From Sphaerodactylus townsendi (taxonomy: Eukaryota), in the NCBI RefSeq assembly GCF_021028975.2, contig NC_059430.1, positions 104,904,001 to 104,968,000 on the forward strand: a stretch of DNA of 64,000 nucleotides, in the 5' to 3' direction. Every line of letters begins with the position of its first letter. The stretch's first letter is position 1. Shown here in pieces: positions 1 through 12,901 of this stretch. The notes under the pieces were generated by a model. The model did not search any database. It worked only from the letters and a program-made list of their open reading frames with translations, and was not told where the DNA came from. Position numbers and translations under genes: made by a program.

Positions 1-1298
1 ATGGAAGCGAATAACAGAAGGGGAAGTCCTCATATGGATTAAAACTGGTTGGAGAAAACAGGAAACAAAGAGTGGGTGTAAATGGGAAAAGTTCTCACAA
101 TGGTAGAGATGTTGGGAGTGGTTGTCCCTTCAAGGATCCGTTTTGGGACCAGTGCTCTTTTTTAACCTATTCATAAATGTGACCTGGAAGTAGGGGTGGA
201 GTAGCGTGGTGGCCAAGTTTGCAGATGATACTCAAATTCATGGTAGGGTGGGTGAGAAGTCCACAAAGCGACGCAAGAGCTCCCAAGCTGACCTTGATAA
301 ATTCAGGGTGAGTGGGCTCCAGAAATGGCAAAATGCAGTTCAATGTAGCAAAATGTAAAGTGATGCACATAGGCAAAAAAATCCAAAACTTCACATACAC
401 GCTTTACAGAGGGTCAGTGCTGATCAGGGTCACAAACCAGGAAAGGGGATTTAAGAGCGTCTTAAGGCTGATAGTTCCATGGGAATGTCGTAACCTTCAA
501 TGCATGGCAGCTGTAAAAGGCAAACTCTATGCTGGGGAACATTAGAAAAGGAATTGATAATAAAACTGCAAAGCATTGCTTCATGCCCCTTTTATATAAA
601 GCAATGGTAGGCGCAATCGCAAGACTTGGAAGTACTGTGTCCAGTTCTGGTCGCCGCATCTCAAAAAAAAGGACATATTGAGGAGATAGAAAAAAGTGCA
701 GAGAAGGGCAACAAAGGATGATTGAGGGACTGGAGCACCTTCCTATGAGGAGAGGCTGCAGCGTTTGGGACCTCTTTTTTTTAGTTTGGAGAAGGGAGAG
801 GGCGGCTGAGGGGGGATATGGATTGAAGTCTACAAAATTATGCATGGGGTAGAAAATGTTGACAGAGAGAAATTTTTCTCTCTTTCTCACAACCTACTCA
901 GGAACCAGGGGCATAGCGCATTGAAAATGCTGGGGAAAGTAATTAGAACTAATAAAAGGAAAACACCTTCTTCACTTTAACGGTGACTGGCATTCTGGAA
1001 TATGCTGCCACAGGAGGTGGTGATGGCCACTCACCTGGATAGCTTTAAAAGGGGCTTGGACAGATTTATGGAGGAGAAGTCTATTTATGGCTACCAATCT
1101 TGATCCTCCTTGATCTGAGATTGCAAATGCCTTAACAGACCAGGTGATCGGGAGCAACAGCCGCAGAAGGCCATTGCGTTCACATCCTACATGTGAGCTC
1201 CCAAAGGCACCTGGTGGGCCACTGCGAGTAGCAGAGAGCTGGACTAGATGGACTTTGGTCTGATCCAGCTGGCTTGTTCTTATGTTCTTATGTTCTTA
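1..1298 (+). mobile_element. CR1 LINE, 3' part of ORF2 (reverse transcriptase) plus 3' UTR, frameshifted
   Basis: Fragments read as CR1 RT motifs (SGVPQGSVLGPVLF, AKFADDT, WQMQFNVAKCKVMHIG, LEYCVQFWSPHLKKD). Ends in a (TTCTTATG)n tail at ~1277-1298. Many 1-nt indels. Confidence 0.9.
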
Positions 1299-1524
1299 GA
1301 TGACTCTGGCGGTCCCTTCCATCTCTGAGATTAAATTAATATTTTAATAAAAGCAAAATCCACAATAGAAAAAGGCCAAAGAATAAAAAGAGATTGACAA
1401 CATCTACACTGAGCCACAAGGAGGAATATGGAATATGCAAACAATCAATGAACGAACATAGTCATTACACCAATATGCAGATGACAGTTATCTCCATCTT
1501 GTACTTTTGGCTGACACAAGGGAG

Positions 1525-1733
1525 ACTTGGGTGCTGTGTGGTTTCCGGGCTGTATGGCCGTGTACTAGCAGCATTCTCTCCTGACGTTTCGCCTGCATCT
1601 GTGGCTGGCATCCACAGATGCAGGCGAAACGTCAGGAGAGAATGCTGCTAGAACACGGCCATACAGCCCGGAAACCACACAGCACCCAAGTGTGACTTAC
1701 GGCCGTGGAAAGCTCTCTCTCGGAGCCAATACA
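1525..1733. mobile_element. Penelope-like element terminus with inverted pseudo-LTR (80-bp hairpin)
   Basis: Arms 1525-1604 and 1612-1691 are reverse complements with 1 mismatch. CCACAGATGCAGGCGAAACGTCAGGAGAGAATGCTGCTAGAAC...CAGCCCGGAAA resembles squamate Penelope ends. ACAAGGG(G)AGACT flanks both sides. Confidence 0.75.
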
Positions 1734-1914
1734 AGGGGAGACTGGGTTTGCTAGTTAGCTCTCAGAACATAGGAATTGCCCTCTGAAGCTAAAACCCCTC
1801 CCCATCTAAATCTGCTCACTTTTTAAGATTTCCAGAAGCTTCACTCTGTGTGCAGCTGCCTAAGGAGATGAGGTGAGGTTACCTAAAACTCTCTTTTATG
1901 GTGTCTTATCTTGT

Positions 1915-2350
1915 GAATGGCATTCCCTTCCCACAACAATTGTCCCCATTAATGGAATTCCTTTGTCATACAGATTCACCTGATTGTAATAATTCCTTCT
2001 CCACATCAATTCACCTGATGAAAAGTATCCCAGCCCCATACATACTCAGTTAACAGAAAGAAAGAAATCCCCACACCAATCTGCCTTATCCATGGAAGCC
2101 CTTCACACAAGTTTGCCTCACTGAAGGAATTTCTTTCCCACACCAATATGCCTCATGCATGGAATTTTCTCTCCAAACAAATTCACCTAGCCGAAGGAAC
2201 TCCACCCCCATACAAACGTCTTTTGCTATGAAAACCCTTTGTGGTAGCCATAAGTCAGCTGTGATTTGCCACCATAAAACAAACCAACCTCTCCCTGCAC
2301 CAGTTTTCATTTTCAATAGAATTCCCTCTCCGCACCAGTCTGTTTTCAGC
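1915..2350. repeat. Degenerate ~34-36-bp minisatellite
   Basis: A recurrent unit like GGAATTCC-T-CC-CAC-C-AATTCACCT starts near 1922, 1956, 1992, 2027, 2127, 2161 and 2196. Confidence 0.5.
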
Positions 2351-3899
2351 ATCAGGTGAAATTATTCTTTTTTGCCATGGGACCAAACATTGCTTTTGCC
2401 TTCTGCTGATATGAACTAAATCCTGTCTTGCTGATGGTGTTACTTTTGCTTGATTTCACTGGGCATTATGTACAGATGTACTGCTCACCACCCACCTGTA
2501 TTGCTCTTCTGTGTGCTCCCCCACCTTTATATGATACTGTTCTGAGTCTTTGAGTGTTATTATTGCTGGTATCCCCCCTTGTTTTGCGGCACTTTTGTGC
2601 TACCTGAACTTTTTAAATACAGTTTTTAGAAAACAGATGCAAAAATAGGCATCCAGTTTAGAAGCAATATTTCCTCTGAATTTGAATAGCATGGTTGGGG
2701 AAAGATTCCTACTTCATCTCGAATGGTGAAGAACCACGGACCAAAGTGGAACTTTCAAATCAAAGCAGTCTGATCATTAAATATGGTTACATTCTTAGTT
2801 TTGTTGTAAATGTGTTTACTTGTTTAAAATATTTATCTTATTAATGCAGGTATTCACTAGTGTTGTTAGAATATTTTTAAGTAACTTCTGCCCCCAGTGG
2901 GGAAAAAAAACCGTGGAAGGGTAGAAATGTTATCAATAAAATAAATATACTGTGCATTGTTCTAGGAACATTTTTGACTGTTCATTGGAGTAAAAGAGCA
3001 ATTGTTGGGGAATGGAAAACGGGCTGCATGTCCGAATCACACACACTCTTCAGTAAAAGCTTTGTCTGTCTCACAAAAGTCCCACCTCACTGAAGTGTAC
3101 CCTCTGCCTTATCTGCACACTATTGCGTGCTCCCACTGTGCCTTTTTTTAACTGCGTATATTGACTGAGTTGACAGTGAGGACACGAGTCTTGATACTGG
3201 TGATGAGGCATTTTCCCTTGCTGATTGTCCTCACTCCCATGTCCCGGCCGGGCCTTCCTTATCGTTCTTTCACACACATCTTTAAATATACTTAGCATGA
3301 ATAACACAGTTTGGTAATCATCTGATTATTCTTGGGAAATTGATTACTCTACAAGAGAAATGTAAGGCCTAGAAATGCTGTTGTGGCAAACCAATGTAGA
3401 GCTGAGAAATCCCACATACTTTAAGCAGGGACAAAGAAGGAACAGAAACCAAATGAAAGGGTAAGGCTGGGCAGGCAAGTTCCTCACCATAACAAGCACT
3501 CCTTCCTCATGTTTCCAGCCCATGCTCATCTCTCTTTGGATTGGAGTGGCCTCAGAAGAGAAAAGAAATTAGAAATATAGATGTAATGAAGATCTCAGGA
3601 ATTAAGAAGGGATCAAATGGGGACACTCGTGAGGGAGGAGTTTATATTGTCCCCATTTATATTGTCCCCAACTCTCACCACCCACCTGTATTGCCACCTG
3701 TTCTGACTGACTGATGCAATGGAGACTCATGTTCCTCCTAACTGCCCACTAATGCAGCTGCCATCTATGCTGCCCGCTCACCTGTCCCCTGGTCTCCCTT
3801 TCCCCCACCATTTTGATGCCCCCTCTTCCCCACAACTCTTTGCTGATCTGAGGGTAACGACAGGAGTAGTAATGAGATTGGTTCCTGCTCCCACTAGCC

Positions 3900-4121
3900 T
3901 ACACTATAACAATTACTACACCTTGGCGTACAAAAGCTCAATACTTGAGTCATAAACAAATGATTTACAATTGTTTCAATTGATTTGTAATTGTGATCGT
4001 CCCAATCTTCACTTCTTCTAATGATACATCCAGGGATATTTAAATCCAACAGGTAAATCATTTGTTTATGACTCAAGTATTGAGCTTTTGAACGCCAAGG
4101 TGTAGTAATTGTTATAGTGTA
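3900..4121. repeat. 69-bp inverted repeat with 84-bp spacer (MITE with TA TSD, or Penelope-type inversion)
   Basis: 3900-3968 is the reverse complement of 4053-4121 with 1 mismatch. The outermost bases are TA on both sides. Confidence 0.7.
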
Positions 4122-4646
4122 TTTTATACACCTACAGTACCATCTGCCAGAATGGTGGACCCACTAGCTTACAGCCAGCAATGGCTCCCCCATTCCAACA
4201 TCTTGCATACACTGAAGGGAGGGTGGATGCCATTAGGCCAGTGTTCCTTTTGTTTTGGAGGGAATGTAATCCTCCCATTTTTTTACATTTCTTCCTTTAA
4301 TCTTCTGCAAACCTGGGGGTTCTCCTAAGTTTGCAGAAGAATATCCTTTTTTTCCTACATGGCCCCAATCACTATATTTTAGTATCCACAGATGGGGCCA
4401 TGTTGAGCGTTAAATCTCTTGCAGGACCCGGTAGCCCACCACCAGTATGGCATGGTTCAAATTGCTGCTGTCGTTTCCGGTAATGAAGAAGCAGTGAATA
4501 GATTTATATGCTTGGGATGTTTACATTCAGCAAATATTTGGGATCTCTAACTAGATAATGGTCTAGTAGCAAAAGTGTAGGCTACCACAAGGACCTATAT
4601 ATTTGAATGGTATACTACTGTCACCTAGTGGCATAATCCTGGCAAA

Positions 4647-5003
4647 ACATAAGAACATAAGAATATAAGAAAGAGCCTGCTTGATCAGACCAGAGTCCAT
4701 CTAGTCCAGCACTCTGCTACTTGCAGTGGCCCACCAGATACCTTTGGGAGCTCACGCGCAGAATGTGAAAGCAATGGCCTTCTGCTGCTACTGCTACCGA
4801 GCACCTGGTCAGCTAAGGCATTTGCAATCTCAGATCAAGGAGGATCAAGATTGGTAGCCATAGATCAACTTCTCCTCCATAAATCTGTCCAAGCCCCTTT
4901 TAAAGCTATCCAGGTTAGCGGCCATCACCACCTCCTGTGGCAGCATATTCCAAACACCAATCACGCGCTGTGTGAAGAAATGTTTCCTTTAATTAGTCCT
5001 AAA
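4647..5003 (-). mobile_element. CR1 LINE 3' end
   Basis: (CATAAGAA)n tail at ~4647-4672. The body is close to the reverse complement of 945-1298. Confidence 0.85.
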
Positions 5004-5057
5004 TAACCCAGTCCTGATCCTCACATACAACCCTCCCGCGGTAAAGACAGGTGATCT

Positions 5058-5200
5058 AGGTTAGCCCAATCTCAACAGATCTCAGCTGCTAAGCAGGGCT
5101 GACCCTGGTTAGAATTTAGATGGCAGACTACTAAGGAAGACCTGGTTGTGATGCAGAGTCAAGAAATGGCAAACCACCTCTGAACAACTCATGCCCTTTA
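5058..5200 (+). mobile_element. 5S rRNA-derived SINE (5S-Sauria-like)
   Basis: CCCAATCTCAACAGATCTCAGCTGCTAAGCAGGGCTGACCCTGGTTAGAATTTAGATGG is a diverged 5S head. It continues into a LINE-like tail (AATGGCAAACCACCTCTG) instead of a 5S 3' end. Confidence 0.65.
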
Positions 5201-6277
5201 TATATTGCATGGATCCTAGTATAAAGCAGGGGCATCAATGCAAAGTCAAAGTAGAGAAGAAGAAAAGGTGCAACAAGGAAAATACAGTAAATATATACGA
5301 TCCCGTGCATTTCACCCACTGAGGATCAATCAAACAACCATCTCATGAGCACTATGTGAGATGGCTGCTTCACAGGTCCCCTGATAAAGCAGCATGCAAA
5401 ATGCATAGGAGCCTGTGAATAAATATAATAACACATAATAAATATGTGTTCCCCACTGCACCGTCATGTTTTCTTCTCTGCTTTGGATCCAGTTCCTTGT
5501 TGCTATTCAGAGGACATCATGCACTTAAGAGCAGGGACAGAAACAAATCAAAATCCATCTGATTCAAAGGCCCCTTCCACACATGCATATACTCTCTCCT
5601 CGCAAATCATTTTATTGATTCACGAGACATCTAAACTGCTTCCCCCAGCATATTTCACAGCAGTTTCCTTTCCAACATACACAGTCACGTTGCATCCAAA
5701 AGGCAGCACAGAAAACCACAAACTGTAGAACAAAACAATTTTACGATAAAATCTGCACATTTGGCGGCATTTGAAAGATGCACAGTATGATATGGGGTAG
5801 AACCAGGATAAAGGGTTGGTGCTGCACAGGAGGAATGGAAGATGAAAATGAGGCAGGGGGTATTATCCTCTTTTTTCCATTTTTTTTTCTAGGCATAGAG
5901 GCCAGAATCGGTGCAGGATTGTACCTTTAATCCTTTGACCTGGCCTACACAGTTTCAATTACATCTCTGCCATAATGTTCACTCCATCGGGAAAGACTGG
6001 GGCAACATCATAAAGGCAAAAAGAAAAGTGATATTAGGGATCCCTGAGTGTGCCATCCCTGACACATCATTCAGCTGCAATAAGTTGTTGCTGAGATGCA
6101 AACGTGGACTGAGGTTGTAGAACTGGGAAAGGGGACTTCCCCGATGACTCCTTCAGAAGCAATGCGGATTGCTATTGTGCCTTCACACGGAGGTGCAGGG
6201 TTTTTTTACTCTCCGCCCTCCGCTGTGTAGCTACATGGGCGGGCAGGCATGGACCCCAGCAGCCATGCTAATAACCC

Positions 6278-6833
6278 CAGGGGCGTAATGCCCATTGGGC
6301 AAGGTGGGCAGGTGCCCAGGGCATCACCTTGTGGGGGGCATCAAAATGAAGGGTTCGTTTTTGGGTATTTTTAGTGGTTTTCCATTTTTGGCCTGCAGGG
6401 GGTGCAGTTTTTAGGCTAGTGGCACCAAATTTTCAGCGTATCATCAGGAGGGTGTCCTTATGCTACCCCCCAGGTTTGGTGAGGTTTGGTTCAAGGAGAC
6501 CAAAGTTATGGACCCTCAAAACTGTAGCTCCCATCTCCTATTAGCTCCCATTGGAAACAATGGGGGATGGGGCACCCCCTTTGGGAGTCCATAATTTTGG
6601 ACTCCTTGAACAAAAACTCACCAAACTTGGGGAGTAGCATAAGGACAGTCTCCTGATAATACGCTGAAATTTTGGTGCTGATATGTCAAAAAATGCACCC
6701 CTACCAGGCACCAATGTCCTGGTGCAAAAAAAAATTTGGTCGTGGTGGAGTGGCCGCCCATGGGGGGGCGGGCATCCAACTCAGGTTTTGCCCAGGGCTA
6801 CAGTTTGCCCAGGGCTGCCTCATTACGCCCCTG
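6278..6833. mobile_element. Non-autonomous hAT element (MITE)
   Basis: TIR CAGGGGCGTAATG / CATTACGCCCCTG. Perfect 8-bp TSD AATAACCC (6270-6277, 6834-6841). Confidence 0.85.
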
Positions 6834-8047
6834 AATAACCCTGTGTCCCTGTGTGGCTATGCAGCTGCCCAGCAAGATCTTGGAAAACGTAGGGAAGCTC
6901 TGAAAGCGCCTCCCAGCCGCCATTTACTTGCAAGCAGCTGCAAGCCTCATTAAAACAAAAGAATCGCAGATAGTACAATTCTTGAAAACCTGGGGGGGGC
7001 ACAGGGTGAACTCCTGTTAGAAGCGGAATCCATGCAAAGCCCCCCCCCCCCCCTGGGCTTTATACCGTCGTTAGCCCGCGATTATGGGCCGCTGTGGAAG
7101 GGGCCTATGTGCCATTTCCCGGATAGAAAATTACTTTTCCTGGTCTCTTATTAGGAGCAAAAATCCAGGTCTTTTTTTCTCCACCTGGATTTTCAGCAGG
7201 AAGGTAATCAACGTGCCAAAAAATAAAAATGGTGGCAAGTCCTACAGTAGGGATATAAGATAGTGGGCTATGGTCTCCAAAATTAAACAACTCAGCACGG
7301 TGTCCATTAGGAAGAAGGCTATGGAGAAATACAAAGAAAGATGCTTAAAATTTCATGGAGAGCACATTCCAACAATCAGGCTCACCTTGTCCAACTGTTT
7401 CAGTCAGACATAAGCCATGACTGGGTCTCTTTGATCCAGCACTGAATAGTTCAAATGCCTGTTGCACAGGATTGGAGACTCCAAGGATTTAAATAGGAGA
7501 TTTGTCACATCTCAATACAAACAGAACCCTTGAAAAAGACTCTTTTGAACAACAATTGTCCCAGTGCTTTCGTTGGGACATTGACATCTTGTGGATGTTT
7601 GGGACTCTGGTATCTTGTACATTTTTTTCCTTTGGATTATTTTCTTCTGGATTTATTGTATAAGGAATGTATATGTAATGAATGCCTGTAGGTTACTCAT
7701 TACTAGTAGTGATGTTAAGTGCATAGGTTAAAAGGCCACAATCAATGATCGATGACTCTTTTTGTTGATGGATGGTATTTAAGGACGTTCGAATATTAAT
7801 GGACACAAGAACTTTCATGTTTATGAATGAGAGAATTCAGCTTCTTTATTGCACATTTGTTCTTTTTTTGCATTACATACATTCAGTGATATATTATATA
7901 TGTGGTATCTTTTCATGTAACAGCTGTGAACTGAGTTATTTGGGGTTTTCTGTTCCAGTCTCTTTGTCTTTGTGGCTATTCAATACTGTGCATGCGCAAA
8001 CACAATGCCAGTCCAAACACATCGACAGCTAAGAACTACAAGATTAT

Positions 8048-8365
8048 GAAGAAGAGTTTGGATTTACACCCACCTTTCTCTCCTGTAAGGAGACTCAAAG
8101 GGGCTTACAATCTCCTTTTCCTTCCCCCACCCCACAACAAACACTCTGGGAGGCCAGTGGGGCTGAGAGAGCTCCAAAGAGCTGTGACTAGCCCAAGGTC
8201 ACCCAGCTGTCATGTGTTGGAATGCACAGGCTAATCCAGTTCCTCAGATAAGCCTCCACAGCTCAAGTTCCCCAGATAAGCCTCCACAGCTCAAGGGTGG
8301 GGAATCAAACACGGTTCTCCAGATTAGAGTACACCTGCTCTTAACCATTACGCCCCTGTTGCTCC
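8048..8365 (-). mobile_element. tRNA-derived SINE, Squam3-type
   Basis: The reverse strand has a tRNA-like head (GGCGTAATGGTTAAGAGCAGG...TTTGATTCCCC), the CAGCTGGGTGACCTTGGGCTAGTCACAG core and a TAAATCCAAACTCTTCTT tail. Near-identical copies at ~26270 and ~50305. Confidence 0.75.
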
Positions 8366-11300
8366 CAAAAAGCTGAAAGCAGAAGGATAGTAGTTTTACA
8401 CAGCACAGCAGTTATTTGTGAGCACATTATATGATTTGTGACTAATTTAACTGTCTTTCAAAACTACTGCTTACTGAGCAGAGCCACAAGGTCAACGAGA
8501 AGTAGAACTTCACCGGGCTGTGTGAGAATTCGCATGCACAGCACTGCACTTTACTGTCAAGAGGCAACAGTTGGGGCAACCTGATGAACAGCCACAAGCA
8601 GGCTGATGAATAGACAGCCTCAAAACTCCAGTTCTCTTTGTCCCTAGTGAACAGGATGTGAGCTGAACTGGCGGGTGTTCAGGCAACCCGGCTTGCCGAC
8701 TGCCTTGACCTGCTTCTGTGTCCTGAACAACAGGAATCTCAAGTGAAGATTTTTGTATCCAGGAGATAAAAACTGGGGATAAAAACACCAGCCAGCTGCT
8801 GATGGGGAGAGATCAAGCCATTGTCAAAGGCACAGGAAGGAGGGGGCTCATAAAAGTTGGGAACTCCATTTGGGGCACGAGTGGATTCATATTGGATAAA
8901 GAGAGCTCTGGCAGGTTAACCTGACTGAAAAAGAAAATACTTTTGATTAACCCTGCGTAAACTGAAAAATCATTCACACGGAGATAATGATTCGTCCTTC
9001 ACCCTACTTTCTGCTCCTGATGTTGCAGTGATGGTGGTGTTATGTCTAGGACAAGACAGACTCATAGTAGTTACAGTTGCAAGATGATTTTAACATCATC
9101 GTCAGCCTGATCAGTCTCCATCCTATTATCTGTCCTTGAGGCTCATGGACACTACTGCTGTATACAACACCCTGGTCTTTTGAGATGTGTGTTCTGCCAC
9201 AAGAGACGAGGGGGAAAACGACAGGGGAAATGGAGGTGTGTGGAATGACTTCACAGAATCACTTTCCAAGACACAAGGTTTGACCACTAGGAAAATCTGT
9301 GGTAAGCTGTGCATGCGGAAAAGATCCAGGAGTTGGGGGAGGTCATGGATGAATTTCACAGACATGCAAAGTTATCAAGCTTTGCAGAAGTTTTTGTTCC
9401 ATCAGGATTGGCCCTTCCTGAGACACTCTCCTTAAACACCCCAACAGAAACAAAGGCTAGCACTGTCACTATTATATTAGAGTCTTCTGAGTTCAATCTC
9501 TTTAAAATGGAAGAGTATGTGACCATCTTACTCTGCGGTGAACTAAAGTTCTTGTTACAGAGCCCACAAAAGCATACAGACTAATATTTCCTAGCTTATC
9601 ACATCTATGAGCACTTTTGGAATTTTAAGAGAGGGCAGTAGACTACCATAAAATGGCTACCTGTCCTTAGGGAATTTTCAGGCCAAACCTTCTCTTATAA
9701 TAGATGAAGACTCAAAGGGGCTTACAAATACCTTCCACTCCCCACAACAAACATCTTATGATGTAGGTAGGGTGGATAGAGTTCTGAGAGAACTGTGTCT
9801 GGCCCAAGGTGCCAGGGAGCAGGGAAACAAATCCAGTCCACCTGATAAGAGTCTGCCGCTCCGCTGGAGGAGTCAAAATTGATTCTCCAGATTAGAGTAC
9901 ACCTATTTCTGAATGGGTGCTCCCTGCAGGCACAAATGAAATGCCTCTTTGGTCCTTCTGAAGAACATCCTGATCAAATGAGGTGGAGAAAAACCAGGGT
10001 TTGCTTAGGCTGCCATGATAATGGGAGAACTTTGTTGGGGGTCACTGTCCTAGTATGAAGTAAGTTGAAGTCTCAATTGCAGTGCCTTCCAACCTAGTTG
10101 CCTGGGCTTGGTTGTGCTTCAGAATGGAAGAAGACTTACTACAGCATAGAGCAGGAGTCCCCAGTATTTTTGAGCCTGCAGGCATATTGGGAATTCTGAC
10201 ACTGGATGGCGGGTGCAACCACAAAATGGCAGCCACAAGAGGCTGAGCCATCCTGAAAATCTCAGGGACCAAGGTAGGGTCTAACAGTAACTCTTCAATA
10301 TTTCTAGCAGTTTTTTAAAAATCAACATATTGTTTAAAATATTTTCTTGAACACACACGTCTTTTATTCAGTCATACAGTGAAGACCCTTGTGCTGTGGT
10401 GGCAGCTGCTGCCAAAGCAATAGTTTAAAAATCTGCACAGCCAATCAGATCTCCCACAGTCAAAAGGAAGCCCTGCTGAGCAAAAATGCTAACTGGCCTC
10501 GCCCACTTTTAAAAAACACTTGGTGGGCATCAGTAAAAGGGGCTGTGTGCACCATGGGCATCCCTGGGCACCACACTGAAGCACAGTGGAACAGAGATTC
10601 AGAATATGAAGACAGGAAGTTCCCAGAGTAAAACTCAAAATTTGGGAGATGCAGCCTGTGCCCATTTGTAACATGGGAGTGATAACAACACTGGACTGGT
10701 TTATAGGACTGGTATTTTCAGATCATGCTCAGTGAACATGCTTGGATCGGGGTGGGGACAAAGGATGATGGTGACACCTTGCTCAAATCACTCCATCACT
10801 CAAATCCTGGTTTGCTTCAACAAATACATGCCTTAGCCTAAGCTCACAGAGCCCTATGAGGGCTTCATAGCAGGTTAGTGAGGAAGATGGCTAAGGCCTC
10901 ACTCCAGCCAGGAGAATCCTAGCAAAGAGGAACCAAATGCTGCAAGCTCCCTCTCCAGTTCAGAGGGATCAAGTAGGGAGTCTAGGGAGGTACTACAGCA
11001 GGGTATAATATCACAAAGTCCATCTCTGAAGCAGCCATTTTCTCCAAGGGAACTGATCTGTTGTCTGAAGATCAGTTGTAATTCTGGGACGTCTCCAGCC
11101 CCTGCCTGGAGTTTGGCAACCCAATAGATGAGGCAGATTTGGCAGCAGGGGCAATCATAATTCTTATGATAATGTTCTGGATGCCTCAAGATTCTTGAGG
11201 TCTTGCAAGGAGAGGTCTGTCCAAGGTTCAAAGAATTGATGGCAGTTTCTTCTGTGCACTGCTGCCAATCGGGACCAGTATGGAGCTTGGCAAAGAAACT

Positions 11301-12861
11301 ATTTCAAGCCCAGGATGGGAAGCATCATGTAACTTTGACCAAGCAAGACAATTGTTCTGACTACAAATCTGAATATTAAAAGTTCTGATTCATAATTTAG
11401 TTCAAAGGTCTGGCATCTTATCTGGCATTGTTATGGTTTCGAAAAGGGCATTCTGACTGCAAGAAGCAGAACGCGTGGTTTTCAACCTTGGGACAGAAAC
11501 CAGAACAGTTTGGAGCAAGAAGAATTAGCAAAGATGATGTATCATAGGAATTGTCAAGACGCTTGCCGTAAAATAAGGCTTCCTGTTTCCCAACTCCTGG
11601 GCTGTCCAAAGAGGTGGTTTTTAGCCCAGACACAATCTCCCTGCAGGCTTGTCAGGTAGCATGACAAATGGGTCTGTTAAAGCAGGAAGAGCACAAAAGG
11701 ACTTAAGTTCAAAGATTTATTACAGGCCAGAGCACCCAAAATAAATACTAAATTCAGGCAAAATAAAAGAACACCCTGGCCCCATTTTAGGGTGCTAGCT
11801 AACAGACCTTCTACTGCCCAAAGACAAACAAACAGGCTCTGCAGGTAAATCCACCAGCTACAGCTTTCCAACCCAAGTTTTCAGCTGTTTACAGAGCGTC
11901 CTCCACCTGCAGCAATTCACCCCTACTCCACACCCCACTGTTCAAAACTGCAGCTTTTTATCCAGACTATAGCCAATCCCATTCCTTCTGCCAGGTGTTT
12001 TATTTTACTAAGCACATTCTCTCTCTGCCTAAAGCCAAATTATTTACGACTGGCGCTTTGACGGTTACTCTACACAAATATTTTTATCTGTTTAAATTCT
12101 AACCTTCAAGAAGATATCGTCTTCCTGACAAAGACCGTCAAGAGATGTCTGTTGCACTGGACCAAAGGTCCACTTAATCCTGCTTCTAGCTGCTGACAGT
12201 AAGGTTACCAGCCTCAAGATGGGACCTGCAGTTCTCCCAAATTTCAACTGATCTCCAGACTACAGTTCTCCTTTGAGGAAATGGCACTTTTGGAGGGCAG
12301 CCTAGAATGGCATCTCATTTCTGCAGAGCTTCCTCCCACCCCAAGCTCTGTCCTTCTCAGACACCAACTCATTGACTTATGGAATTCATAATCTCAAGGT
12401 ATGGATAGGTTTGTGAGTTTAGATGGCTTTAGAAGAGGGTTAGATGGATGTGGGGATGATGGGTCCATCAACTGCTACCAGTCACGATGACTGACATATT
12501 CAGAGGCGGTATACCTCCAAATACTTGTTCCTGGAAGATGAACAACTGAGGGAGAGTTGAATGGCTGTTTCTGAGCTTCCCAGTGGTAATGGCTGGCCTC
12601 CCCTGCAGTGTTCAATTGCTTTGGGCATGATCACTTTTAACACTGTTTTCTGAGAAATCTGGTAGCCAGACTTACTGCTGTTGTAGGGGGAAGCTATCAG
12701 CAGCCTTTCCAAGTCCCAGTCTAGAATTCAGTCATCTTTCTGGCCCCACCCTTAAGGAGGATCCAACAGGAACCATTGGCTAACTGGCCTCTGCTTAACG
12801 AAGTTGCTCCTTTTTAAGGTGCCTTTGAGAACAGTGTTTCTGATCGATTAATACTGAAAGA

Positions 12862-12901
12862 ATGGAAATGCTAGTCATCTTGTGGTGGGCTTGTTTCCTT
12901 G
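12862..12901 (+). CDS. Cysteine protease exon 1 (signal peptide [13 protein letters not shown])
   Basis: ATG, hydrophobic stretch, G|GTAAGT donor. Phase 1 matches exon 2. Confidence 0.7.

Noticed and set aside
1-1000. Reading the dense 1-nt indels in the CR1 (and garbled 54360-54600) as biology
   Set aside because: The pattern resembles uncorrected long-read error in repeats and cannot be separated from decay without raw reads.
5058-5200. 5S rRNA gene
   Set aside because: Heavily diverged and fused to a LINE-like tail, so it is a SINE.
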